Positions 1 through 10,385 of a DNA stretch of 64,000 bases are shown piece after piece. Position 1 is the stretch's first letter; each line of letters starts with the position of its first letter. The notes below the pieces were generated by a model. It had not been told where the DNA came from. It saw only the letters and a program-made list of their open reading frames with translations, and did no database searches. The DNA comes from Rhizaria sp. SCN 62-66 (taxonomy: Eukaryota): contig MEDY01000092.1 of NCBI GenBank assembly GCA_001724265.1, positions 1 through 64,000 on the forward strand, written 5' to 3'. The position numbers and the translations under genes are program-made.

Positions 1-1
1 G

Positions 2-115
2 CAGCGCGTGTTCGAGACGCTCATCGGCAAGCAGAAGCAGTTCCAGCTCGCCACGCAGCTCGTCCGCATGATCCTCAAGATCGACGACGTCATCCTCAAT
101 TCCGACTACGACTAA
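2..115 (+). CDS. CCT5: Chaperonin CCT/TRiC subunit epsilon, 3' end (partial)
   Basis: Frame 2 reads [37 protein letters not shown] then TAA (113-115). This matches the CCT-epsilon C-terminal motif [25 protein letters not shown]. Confidence 0.9.
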   Translation, partial: QRVFETLIGKQKQFQLATQLVRMILKIDDVILNSDYD

Positions 116-712
116 GTTGGGTGCTTGAGCGCCTACTAAGCGCTTATGTCGTGTGTGGATGTGTCTCTGTGACTGCTTCGCTTCAGTGTCGGTTTGCTTT
201 GTGTAAGTACAAAGCGAGGAGACATGTTGAGCGCTACAGTGATCGATCGCACGCATACGAGAACAACGATGTGATGTGATTATGTCAAGTAGTACTAAAA
301 GCAAGCCTGCACTGTTCTTTCTAAACAAAGAACAGAGTGAGTGAGCTTGCTTTTTAACTCCAGTACGGGAGCGCGAGTGAATGATAGTGTAAAGGTACTA
401 AAGGTACATCAAGAAAAAAATATTAGTAAGAGAAACTATATACTATAATAATAAAACGTTATAATTGTATTCACAGTATATCTTGTGTTTGTCATTTTGT
501 CATTTTGTATTAATAATGCTGGCCAATTCGGCGTGGGATAAGTTCTAGAAGTGTACAGAGCGCAAAGCTTCTCCAGCCTTGCAGCACTGTAAACTACGGG
601 TTTAAGATGAGGCTTCTGAAATAGGTATCATAGTGCATACTGAATATACAATAGTCAACTCTCAGAGAGACTCAACACGTGCTATCAGCATCCTCAAATG
701 GCAGAGAACAGC

Positions 713-1246
713 TCAGAAGGCGCTGATGCTATTGTTGTTGTTGTTGTTGATGCCGTTAACGGACGCAGTCGCTGCGGCGGCCGAGTTTACCAGCAGAGAC
801 TGACCCTTGAGTAGGAGCGACACACCGTGCTGGCGGATCTGGTCCATGCCCTTCTGACTGAGCTTCGCAGCGCTCTGGTTGATGTTGTCGCGGACAGACT
901 GGAGCCCGTTGTCGATCTCGCTCTCGTACTGACTCAGGAGCGGGTGGATCACGTTAGCGTACAGAAGCTCGGCGCCCTGAAATGAGGGCATAATAAGCCA
1001 GAAGATAAGCATAAGCTTGAAGGAGGCGTAGCCCGGGATGAGATTGACTGCGAGCGGGGACATCTCGAGAGCCATGGGGATGGCCATCACCACCCAATAG
1101 GCGAACCAGCGGGTCTTTTCGGGCGAGTCCTTCGACATCAGCGCTTGAGAAGTGCGGTAAACGGGCCACAGAGCGACTACGTTGGCGAACCAGGCGGAGA
1201 TGGCGAGGAAAGCCTGGAACATAAGCTGAAGGGTCCAAAGGAACAT
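713..1246 (-). CDS. TB2/DP1/HVA22 (REEP/Yop1) family ER-shaping membrane protein, 177 aa
   Basis: Motifs WPVYRTSQAL, TRWFAYWVV, KLMLIFWLIMPSFQGAELLYANVIHPLL and YESEID. Single exon, stop TGA. Confidence 0.9.
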   Translation of the reverse strand: MFLWTLQLMFQAFLAISAWFANVVALWPVYRTSQALMSKDSPEKTRWFAYWVVMAIPMALEMSPLAVNLIPGYASFKLMLIFWLIMPSFQGAELLYANVIHPLLSQYESEIDNGLQSVRDNINQSAAKLSQKGMDQIRQHGVSLLLKGQSLLVNSAAAATASVNGINNNNNNSISAF

Positions 1247-1756
1247 AGTGGAGCTGTGGGCGATGGAAAGGGTAAAAGCGAGTTTGAGTACACAGGGTTA
1301 GACCTCTTTTCTAAAATGATAACGGAATAAACAAATATGAAATTAAGCAAAGGCACCAATAATTGTATTGAATTTACTATTGCACGATTGATCATGACGC
1401 TGTATAGGTTTTCATTTATGGTCCGCAGCGTTTCATCTTCGCAGCCTGACCAAGATTCTAGCCGTTGGGTCGGCGACAGTCACAGTCAAGAACATATAGG
1501 TATTTCAGGCACCAGCAAATCAAGTAGAGCAATAATAACTGACTAGATACTTTTGACAAACTTAGATCTAATGTATCTGTTTGACGAATCACGCGTCCTT
1601 CATATATTCCAATCCACTCCACACACCGGAGCATAAAAGCACAGCAACAGGAACAGCAACAATAACCACACGTTGTTATTCTCTTTGTGTTTCTTCTTTC
1701 GTTATCTTGCGTTAAACGCATTAGTTGTGTTATTGTTCTATCTTTGTGTTTTTCTT

Positions 1757-3334
1757 TTACCGGCACATGGCGGCATGCATGCACATCTGATTCACAGACA
1801 TACTCGCCACATAGTCACCAATCATCTTATCAATCATCGCAAACATGTTGTTGCACGGGTGCTTGAAGATATTACTCAGCTGCATCTCACTGCAGTGCGT
1901 CACAAACGCGTCGTACAGCGCCACGGGATCGACGCTGTTGCCCAGGTCCACCTCCACTTGCATCCACGCGTAGCGGCACGCCACGCAGTCGATGACGTCC
2001 TTGGAGCGGGGCGCCACGGGGTCCTCGCCGGTGATCTCCTTGTCGCCCTTGGTGCGGTGTGAGTGGGGGTTCGAGTGCACGCGCGCGAAGTTGTTGGCCT
2101 TGACGTCCTTGTCGAGCTTGTCGAACGAGTCCGCGATCGTGTTCACGCGTTTCAGCACGCGGTCCATATGGTGGTACATGGGCGCATCCTTGTCCTCGTC
2201 GAGCTGCTTGCGCACGTTGCTGAGGCGCTCCGGCAGAGTCAGGTTGCGACCCGCCTGCGTGTCCGGGGACACATTCCAGCTGCGCAGCCCCTCGCCGGCC
2301 TTGGGCGGGCCGCTCGCGAGCACCTTTGAGGTGGACACGGCGAACTTGGGCACCTTGGGCTTCTCGTTGGCGGGGTCAGCGGCGGGCGCGGCGGCAGCGC
2401 CTGGAGTGACGCTCGTCGCGGTCGTCGTCGTGGGGTTCACGCCCGTGGCCGCGGGCTCGGTGCCGGGCATGGTCGGCGCGACGGGGACCGCGGAAGTGCC
2501 CGCGACAGCGGCAACGGAGTTGGCACTCTCGGTCGTGGCGCTGTCAGTCGACATGACCGCGGGCGCGCCGGCGCCGCCGTCCTCGGGGATGGCGCCGCTG
2601 GCCGCGTTGGCCGCGTTGGCAGCGTCGAGCGTGGGGAGCGGGCCCAGCACCATGCCGCCGGCGGCAGCGGCGTCGGCGTCACCGGGAGTGCCCTCGGCAG
2701 CGGCGCCAGCGGCAGCGGCCTCGGCAGCCGCGGTGGCGTCGACAACGGTGCCATCAGCGGCCTCAGCAGCGGGGGCGGGGGTGGTGACAGAAGGGTTCTC
2801 GATCAGGGCGGCGTTAGTGGCCTGGGCCCAAAGCGCGTCGGCATCCATGTCGGCGTCGGCGTCGAGCCCGGAGTCGAGCAGCGACTCGAGACGCGAGTCG
2901 GCGCGGCTCTCGGCCTCGTGCGACGCCAGCAGCGCCTGCTGCGAGGCCGAGAGGTGCTCGGTGCGCAGAGCCACGTCGTCGGACGAGTAGGACGAGAGGT
3001 CGATGTCGGCCTCGATCGCAGTGCGCGCGTCCATGTCGAGCAGCGACGCGGCCTTGGCGAAGCGCTGCGGCACCGGTCCGGGGTCGCGGAACTCGAGGGC
3101 TGCGTAGGACTTGGCGTCGTAGAGATCGAGGTCGAGGGACGCCAGGCGACGCGGGTCGTAGGAGGAAGCGGGGGAGTCCTCAGTGGCGAGATCAAGATCG
3201 ATGTCGAGGTTAGACTCGAGGTCGAGGTCGAGCTCGGAGGCACTGTTTGCCTCCACGGCCGAGGCCGTCGCCGAAGCGAGCGGGGCAACCGTGGAGAGAC
3301 CGAGAAGCAGAGCACAGAGCACAAGAATGCGCAT
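1757..3334 (-). CDS. Secreted proprotein with long acidic/Ala-rich pro-region and C-terminal saposin-like (SapB) domain, 525 aa
   Basis: ATG at 3334 gives signal peptide MRILVLCALLLGLSTVAPLASA. The C-terminal ~78 aa has six Cys in saposin spacing (CVAC...C...C...C...C). Stop TAA. Confidence 0.75.
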   Translation of the reverse strand: MRILVLCALLLGLSTVAPLASATASAVEANSASELDLDLESNLDIDLDLATEDSPASSYDPRRLASLDLDLYDAKSYAALEFRDPGPVPQRFAKAASLLDMDARTAIEADIDLSSYSSDDVALRTEHLSASQQALLASHEAESRADSRLESLLDSGLDADADMDADALWAQATNAALIENPSVTTPAPAAEAADGTVVDATAAAEAAAAGAAAEGTPGDADAAAAGGMVLGPLPTLDAANAANAASGAIPEDGGAGAPAVMSTDSATTESANSVAAVAGTSAVPVAPTMPGTEPAATGVNPTTTTATSVTPGAAAAPAADPANEKPKVPKFAVSTSKVLASGPPKAGEGLRSWNVSPDTQAGRNLTLPERLSNVRKQLDEDKDAPMYHHMDRVLKRVNTIADSFDKLDKDVKANNFARVHSNPHSHRTKGDKEITGEDPVAPRSKDVIDCVACRYAWMQVEVDLGNSVDPVALYDAFVTHCSEMQLSNIFKHPCNNMFAMIDKMIGDYVASMSVNQMCMHAAMCR

Positions 3335-4162
3335 GTGGGTCCGACTGATAATGAACACCGTCTCGGAGGAACGGATGTCCACACTGTGGTGATAGGCGCA
3401 GAGTGAGGGTAGATCGGGCAGGGCAGGACAGAGCGGCAGAGAAAGGGGAAGTAGGAGTGAGATCAGAGCAAGGGCTAAGGAGGAGACAATGGGGGTCCAG
3501 GGGAAGGCAAAACAGGAACTGGTGGAGCTCTGCGAATAAATCAAGAAACTTCAATCGATGAAATGACTTTGCAAAGAGTGACAACAGATAGCTGGTGGTA
3601 TTAGGGGAGGCCAGAGGTCGGGAAGGAGGAGCCAAGCGTCTCCTCTGAGACCTCGCCTGGAGTCCTATAGAAGCAGGCAATACCGACGACACGGTGTTCT
3701 GACACGAAGCCAAGTAATATGTGCGCTCTTGAATCCCCCATAAATTAATTCATTGATGTCGCAAATTACTCCCAGGGCACGTATAGCCTTCCTCAGTGGC
3801 CCGCTTACATCCTTGCCCAGCGGGCGGCCGAAAATACATTTAGTTTTTTCGGTCGACCTTCCTCGCCAGACACTGAGATGATTTGACGGAAAATCGGCCC
3901 ATCAAAAGACAGATTTTTCAGGGACTTACCTCGACATGAACGTTCGTTATAATTTATTGTGGTTGGGTGTATACTATGTAGTGCACACTTTAATACCTTC
4001 AATTTTTCTACTCCGTGCATGTAAAGCCTGTGAGGCGTGGTGTGCTTCGTTCAAGATATCTTCTTTCACTCCCTTGACTAACGCCCCCTCCCTCACCCTC
4101 CTCCATGCTTATCGACATCAAACCACACCCATTCCGCTTCGTAGAACTCTCTTCCGCTCGCG

Positions 4163-6090
4163 ATGAAGTTCAAGAGTACCCGCGGCAAGGTGACCGGCTT
4201 CTCCTTCGAGGACGCCGTGTGCAGTGGGTACGCCAGCGACGGCGGCCTCTTCGTGCCCGAAACGCTTCCCACGCTCGCGCCCGCCACGGTCCGCGCCCTC
4301 GCCCGCATGACGCGTTTCGAGGACGTCGCGTTTGTCGTGCTGCGTCTCTTTATTTCTGTTGAAGAGATGCCCGACGTAGACCTCAAAACGCTGCTCCACG
4401 ACGCCTTTGTGACGTTCCCGGTCACCAACCCCAACAACACCAACGCCTACGACAACGCCAACAACAACGTGCTCCCGACGCGAACGCTCGCCGACGGCAC
4501 CGTCATCGGTGAGCTCTTTCACGGCCCCACGCTGTCCTTTAAGGACTTTGGCCAGCAGATGCTCATTCGCCTCGTTGACTACTTCACGACACGCGCGAGC
4601 TTGCGCCGCTGCCTCGTCGTTGCCACCACGGGCGACACTGGCCCCGCCGCGCTGTACGCCGTCGCCGCGTGTCGCTCGCTCGACATCGTCTGCGGCTTTC
4701 CGCGCGGCCAGGTCTCGCGCCTGCAGGAGCTGCAGATGACCACTGTCGACAGCGACAATGTGAGTGTGTTCGCGTTTGAGGGCGGAGGCGACGACATGGA
4801 CCCCAGCATCAAGGCCGTTACCACGTCGCCGTTCGCGGCCGAGCGCAAGCTGTGCGGCGTCAACAGCATCAACCTTGCGCGCGTGACTACGCAGGTTGCG
4901 CACTACGTCTGGCTCTACACGCGTCTCGCTTTCCCCAACGTCGACGATCGCACCGATACTACCACCGATGCCACTGAGGGCAAGACCGAGGACGCGCCTC
5001 TGCCCGTCGTGATCATCAACGTTCCCACCGGTGCCATGGGCAACGTCATGTCGGGTTACTTTGCCCGGCTTGTGGGCTTGCCGCTTGCGCTGAGCTGCTC
5101 GGTCAACGCCAACAACATGCTTCACAAGGCAGTTACCACGGGCGTCTTCTCAGCTCGGTACGTGCACATGTCAGTTATAAGTCTCAATATTGGTTTATTC
5201 TTCAGTTATGCATGCATACTTCTTTCTTAAGTTCTTTTAATGCCCTGCTTGTAGTTGATCTTATGTGGATGACTCTTTTATTGCCAATTGTGACTGGCTC
5301 ATACAGGGAGCCTTTGCGCCGCACTCTTTCGGAGGCGATGAACGTGCAGTGCCCCTACAACTTCGAGCGCATGCTCTACTACCTCTGCGGCCAGGACTGC
5401 GACGCTGTCTCCACTTTCTACACCACGCTGGGGATGGAGGGGTCCGTGACTCTCAGCGACACGGTCAAGACCGAAATCGCCAAGCTCATCAGGACCACCT
5501 GGGTCACTGACGCCGAGATGGCCGTCACCGTCCGCAGCATTGCCCTGACCAACTCCAGCGTCGACAGCGACGTCGGCGTCGCCGGTGTTGACGCCGCGGC
5601 CATTGCCACTATTGCTGCCGCGGCCGCTGAGGAGGAAAAGACCGGCACCAAGGGCCCACTCACCATCATCGACCCCCACACCGCGGTCGCGGTCACCGGC
5701 ACCCGCAAGCTCGGGCTCCGTGCGCTGCCCGCGGCTACCGTCGCGGCGCTCAAGGCTTCCGGCGGCCTCTGGCCCCTCACCGACGACTCCGATGGGAGCG
5801 CCGACGCTGCTGCGGCGGGCGGTGTTAACCCGCCTGTCGTGGTGCTTGCAACGGCGCACCCCGCCAAGTTCGCCGAGGCAACCACCGCCGCACTCGGCAC
5901 CGACGCATGGAACGCCCTGTTCTTCAACTCCGAGACGCGCGCGACGGGCCCGCTCATGCCCGCGCGCGCTGCCGCGCTGTACAGCAAGGAGATCGCGCAG
6001 AAGGCCGTGTTCGCTCAGGGCGAGGACTGGGAGGAGAAGCTCCGCGTGCTCATCGATGAGACCATTGCGCGCTCCAACAGCAAAAACTAA
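4163..6090 (+). CDS. Threonine synthase / THNSL-like PLP enzyme, 592 aa; exons 4163-5157, 5307-6090
   Basis: Motifs KFKSTRG, ASDGGLFVP, ELFHGPTLSFKD (PLP lysine), ATTGDTG, NSINLAR, VPTGAMGN, PYNFER, IDPHTAVA and LATAHPAKF. A GTACGT...CAG intron (5158-5306) joins the frames. Stop TAA. Confidence 0.92.
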
Positions 6091-6256
6091 AGGTCGTCTT
6101 GCAACGCATGGACTGTCTGCGATCATAACACAAATTTAGGTTGAATCAATAAAACGGTTTATTTTCAGTGTTATACTAAAATATATCTGGGCAACTCAAA
6201 CAAACACATCCTCACAGTGACTTTGCATAAAACTGGGTGTGTGTGATCCTGCTTTC

Positions 6257-7849
6257 TTAAGGCTTCTGGCCGGCGTTCTTGGCGGCACGAATCCGTTCCA
6301 GCTCGGCCGCGCGCGCCTCCGCGTCTTTTCGCCGACGCTCCTTCTCCTCAGCCACCTTGGCCTTCATGCGGGCCTCGGCAGCGCGCTTCTCGGCGTCTTG
6401 GCGCTTCTTGAGCGCAGCGGCGTCCTTGATCTTCATCATCTCGAGCCGCTCCTGCATCTCGAGCGCGGCCTTGCCCACATCGCGGCGGCTCACTTCGCGC
6501 GCCTTCTCCGTCTCAATCGCCTCCTTGGCGCGCCGCGCAGCCACCTCGGCCTTGCGCTTCTCGAGCCACGCCATCTTCTCTTCCGTGGTCATCTCACTCA
6601 GCGGCTTCTGCCCGGCGCGGCGGGCCGTTGCCTCCCCGGCGGCGCGCGCCGCGGCCGACTCGCGCGCCCGCGCCGCCTTGGCAATCGCCAGGATCGAGGG
6701 ATCCGTCTCGCCATCGTCCTCGTCGTCGCCCATCGCCGCGCCGCCGCCGAGCGAGTGACCGTGGGCAGGGCCGTTGAGCTCGGCGTCGAGCTTGCGCGCA
6801 GCCTCCAAGTCCTCCTCCTCGCGGATCTGTCGCTCGAGCGCTTCCAGTTCCGCCACCGTCATGCCCTCAAGCTGCGCACCTGACACGCCGTCCGTCGCGC
6901 TCGCACTCGCGGTCGCGCTCGCGGTTGCTGAGCCAGTCCCCGCACCGCCAGCGTCGCCGTCGGTCATCGGCGCGGCGGCGGTCGGGGCGCCAGCGGCCGC
7001 CGGAGTCAGCGCGGCGCGGGCGCGGGCGGCGCGTTCGATGCGTTCGGCGCGCTCCGCGGCGGCGGCCTTCTCGGCGGCGGCAGCGGCGGCGGCGGCGGCG
7101 GCCTCGGCCTCGGCGGCGGCCTTGTGATGCGCGACCTGTGCCGCGACGGCAGACTTGGCGGCCTCCTGGCGGGCGGCTTCGCGCGCCTTGGCCTCGGCGG
7201 CGCGGGCGGCGGCGCGCTCGGCGTACGCGGCCTCGTCGGCGGCCGCAGCAGCGTCCTCAGAGGCGCGGATGGCGGCGGCGGCGGACTGGGCGGCGGCGAG
7301 GCCGGCAAGCACGGTTTGGATCGCCTCCAGGTCGAAGAGCGCGTCCGGGATGTTGAGGCGATCGCCCTATTTCACAAAGCCGGCGTGGCGCAGGATATAC
7401 CAGCCCGCCAGGGAGGGCGAGGTCAGGCGCGGGAGGAGCTTGGCGCCGTTGAGGCTGCGGAAGCGCGCGTTGCTGGGGTCTCTGTACGGTGACGAAGCAG
7501 ACAGGAAGAGTGGGAACTTGAGAATAAAGACCCGCATTGGCGGCACTTAAGCCCGGATATGATATACAACACAAGTCACTATATGTTATCAAATTGAATG
7601 GACGTACTCGGTAATGGTCTTGAGGATCTTCTCGATGCTGTCGACGTCGAAGAGGGGGTTGCCCATGGAGGTGAACAGGGCGTCGAGGCACATCTGCAGC
7701 GGCACAGCGACGTGTTTGACCTGAACAAACAAAGAATTCAAAATGTATACGCGGTTAGCATACAGAAAACATTGCGTGGCTGTGAGGTACATGCGTTAAC
7801 CTGATAATATTCGTACCTCTTTGGCGACCTTAGCGACAGTGACACTCAT
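6257..7849 (-). CDS. PUB-domain protein with UBXN1-like charged coiled coil (probable p97/Cdc48 cofactor), 456 aa if the in-frame TAG is read; exons 7817-7849, 7608-7720, 6257-7481
   Basis: Spliced frame reads IEKILKTITEDPSNARFRSLN...ILRHAGFVK[TAG]GDRLNIP, the PUB pattern. It continues through a MIU/UIM-like QIREEEDLEAARKLDAE to KPLSEMTTEEK...EVSRRDVGK. Two GTACG...CAG introns with consistent phases. Stop TAA. Confidence 0.8.
7367..7369 (-). other. In-frame TAG (codon 87) within the PUB domain; candidate recoded codon
   Basis: Minus strand reads GGC TTT GTG AAA TAG GGC GAT CGC CTC. The same frame stays open with coding-type codon bias for 369 more codons. Confidence 0.85.
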
Positions 7850-8620
7850 GGTGTTCTGTGGGGCAACAACGATGAAGTAAATGACGGCATGAGAGAGTTT
7901 CCAAATAGAAATATACTAGGTAGTGCAACTTTAATACAGTGACAAACGCGCACGGATGTAGACGGTCATTGTGAAGCAGGATGGAGTAAGATAAGATTCG
8001 ATGGGTCAGCTCCCCACTTCGCAGCCCAAACAGCGTTTGTGGTGCAGTGATTAAAACAGCGCAAAGAGAGGTGATATGAGCGAATACTATCGTAACCCTT
8101 CGACATAGTATTCATGGATAGGCACCACATATATTCGCACTCGGATCTCTGTAAAATCGGCGACTGCCATACAATACCCGACACTTTGTTCTTACATCAC
8201 GCTTTATCGTCACTTACAATAACATACTTGAGACATAGCTCACACATAAAAATGTGCGGGGGAGGCAAGATTATGACATAACGTAAAAATAAAATAGGTG
8301 AATACCATTAATACCTTGCTTTCTCTGTGTATTGTTGGTGTTTCGTTGTGAATTTGTTTGTTTGAGTTTAAGATGACTTGAATAGGTATGTGCATGTTGG
8401 CGTGTTCTTGTTGACCATTATGACTTGAAAAGTGATTGTGTGCGTTACATGACACATCAACATGTGCCACAGTGGGTAACAATACAGCATCAATTTGTTT
8501 CTTGAAACCGCGGCACGTTACCACGTTAGCCGCTCTATATCGAACCAAGGCGAGAGTGACAAGTCACTTACTCTCGATTTGTCACTTCTCGCTGCCATAA
8601 CGACACGGGGTTACTATGCC

Positions 8621-9727
8621 TTACAGTGACATCCCGAGTACAAGCACGGCAAGCACAGAGAGCATCGCAACGCTGCCGGCAAGCACGGCGCCGGCACTAG
8701 CGCTGTTGCAGCCCTTGGTGGAACAGAGCTCGCAAGTGCCCGTTGCGATGAGGTCGCCGAGAGTCGTCGTGCGTGCGTTCAATGTAAACTAAAGCAGAAA
8801 CAGAATCGGCAGCCCGAAAAACACATTGTGAGACTCAAGCAATGGCAATAAATGATATCGTGAAACGAACATGTTCTAAACATTAAACTTAAGAGAGTGA
8901 GTTCCAGTAAAATGAATACGGCAACGTACATTAGAATTATAGTCAGGGCGCGTCGCGTTACCACAGTTGATCACAAACGCCTGATCCTTTGTCAACATGG
9001 TGTCCGACGCAATCTCAATCGACAGCTTTTGCGTCGTGTCCTCGTCAGCGTCGACAGACTCCGTGTAGTCGCCAATCGTGATGTTGCAGCCCTCGAAGGT
9101 GCCCGCGACAAACTGCGCCTTCCCCGTAAGCGTGTACTCGAAGTAATAGCCCTCGCCGGTGATGTCGGTGCCAAGCCCGCCGCCCACGGCCACCTTAAGC
9201 GCACCGCCGCCAGAGCCGGTAGTCTTGTTCTTGCGCTCAGTCACCACCGCGGCGGTGAGCTTCGAGACGTCGTAGGGCGCAATAACGGTGACCGTGGGCG
9301 TGGCGAACGTGTCGGCGTCGAAGCGGATCGCGGCGGGCAGAGACACGGGCTTGTCAGTGGTACGCACGGTCTCGCACTCAACCGTCAGCACACCGCCCGA
9401 GCTCGGCGTGACGTCGGCAGGGACAGTGAGCGCGAGCACGCCCTCAGCAATGGCCGCAAAACCCGCGGCGGTGTCGCCAACGGTGCATGAGATCGGGAGG
9501 CCGCCGGACGACCAGGCTGTGCCACCGGCGGCGACAGGGAGATCGACCTCGATCGTGGTGTCCTCGGGCGGCGCGGTCTCACCGATGTCAAGGCGGATTG
9601 TCAGTCGACCGCCGGTGTTGACAACGCCGTAGCTGTGGGTAATCGTGGTCTCGGCGGAAGAGAGCGCGAGAAGAGAAGCGACGGTGAAGAGCAAGGCCGG
9701 AAAGGCGAGGGAGCGGAGGAACTTCAT
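8621..9727 (-). CDS. Predicted GPI-anchored surface protein, 321 aa; exons 8930-9727, 8621-8788
   Basis: Signal peptide MKFLRSLAFPALLFTVASLLALSSA and a Thr/Gly-rich, beta-strand-like body. After the GTACGT...TAG intron (8789-8929) it reads CELCSTKGCNSASAGAVLAGSVAMLSVLAVLVLGMSL then TAA: small omega-site residues followed by a hydrophobic tail. Confidence 0.8.
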
Positions 9728-9867
9728 CGCGGTGATGCAAGAAGAGCGGGGTAGCTCTGACTCTGCATATAAATATTTCAGAGTTATAAAAACAGAATTA
9801 AAGTGTTAACGTTGTGTACAACAATAAACGTGCAATATTACAGCACATGACGGTGTTTTGAGTTCAC

Positions 9868-10230
9868 TTCAAGTGAGATAAACTCAACACTCTTCACTCA
9901 ACTCGTCAGGTGTGCGCTGGCTGCTGGCAGCGTGACTGTGAGCGTTGCTCGGCTTTGAGTGACCGTGTGCGTGAGCTCACAGATGCTGTGTGAAGTAAAC
10001 TGCAGACGCGGATTAGTATCTCAACTATAACATAGCACGCATTCAAGAAAATGGGAACTTCTCCAACTGCTTTGTTCAAGTTGCAAGTTGTGCTTCAAGT
10101 CCCATGTTACTGACTTCATATCTCTTCAAGTTGCAGAATCGCAGACGGCGGGCGCATCTCGCGTTGAGTCATGATGACTCCGCATATTGCGGTCAGCCAT
10201 CGCATCCTAAGAGCGTATGGCGCTTCAAGT
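9868..10230. promoter_or_regulatory. Cluster of five exact TTCAAGT heptamers plus inverted repeat GAGTCAT-G-ATGACTC upstream of the surface-protein gene
   Basis: TTCAAGT at 9868, 10075, 10094, 10125 and 10224, all in the same orientation. Palindrome at 10166-10180. Confidence 0.45.
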
Positions 10231-10385
10231 CGTCGAACTAAGTATTCTTAAGTGGCTGTGTACGCGCACTCGTCTAAAGTCTAGGTAACGTAGGGATTCG
10301 TGTGCGTGCGTGGTCTGTGGCAAATTGGCGTTCAGTTGCTGTGCTTTGTGCAAATAAGTAATGAACGTGGCGAAGTGTTCGTGCT

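Noticed and set aside
7367-7400. Tiny introns (9-nt GTGAAATAG or 34-nt GTATAT...TAG) removing the PUB TAG
   Set aside because: 9 nt is below any known spliceosomal intron size, and 34 nt shifts the frame.
10171-10270. Box C/D snoRNA starting at ATGATGA
   Set aside because: No box D (CTGA) or terminal stem at a suitable distance.
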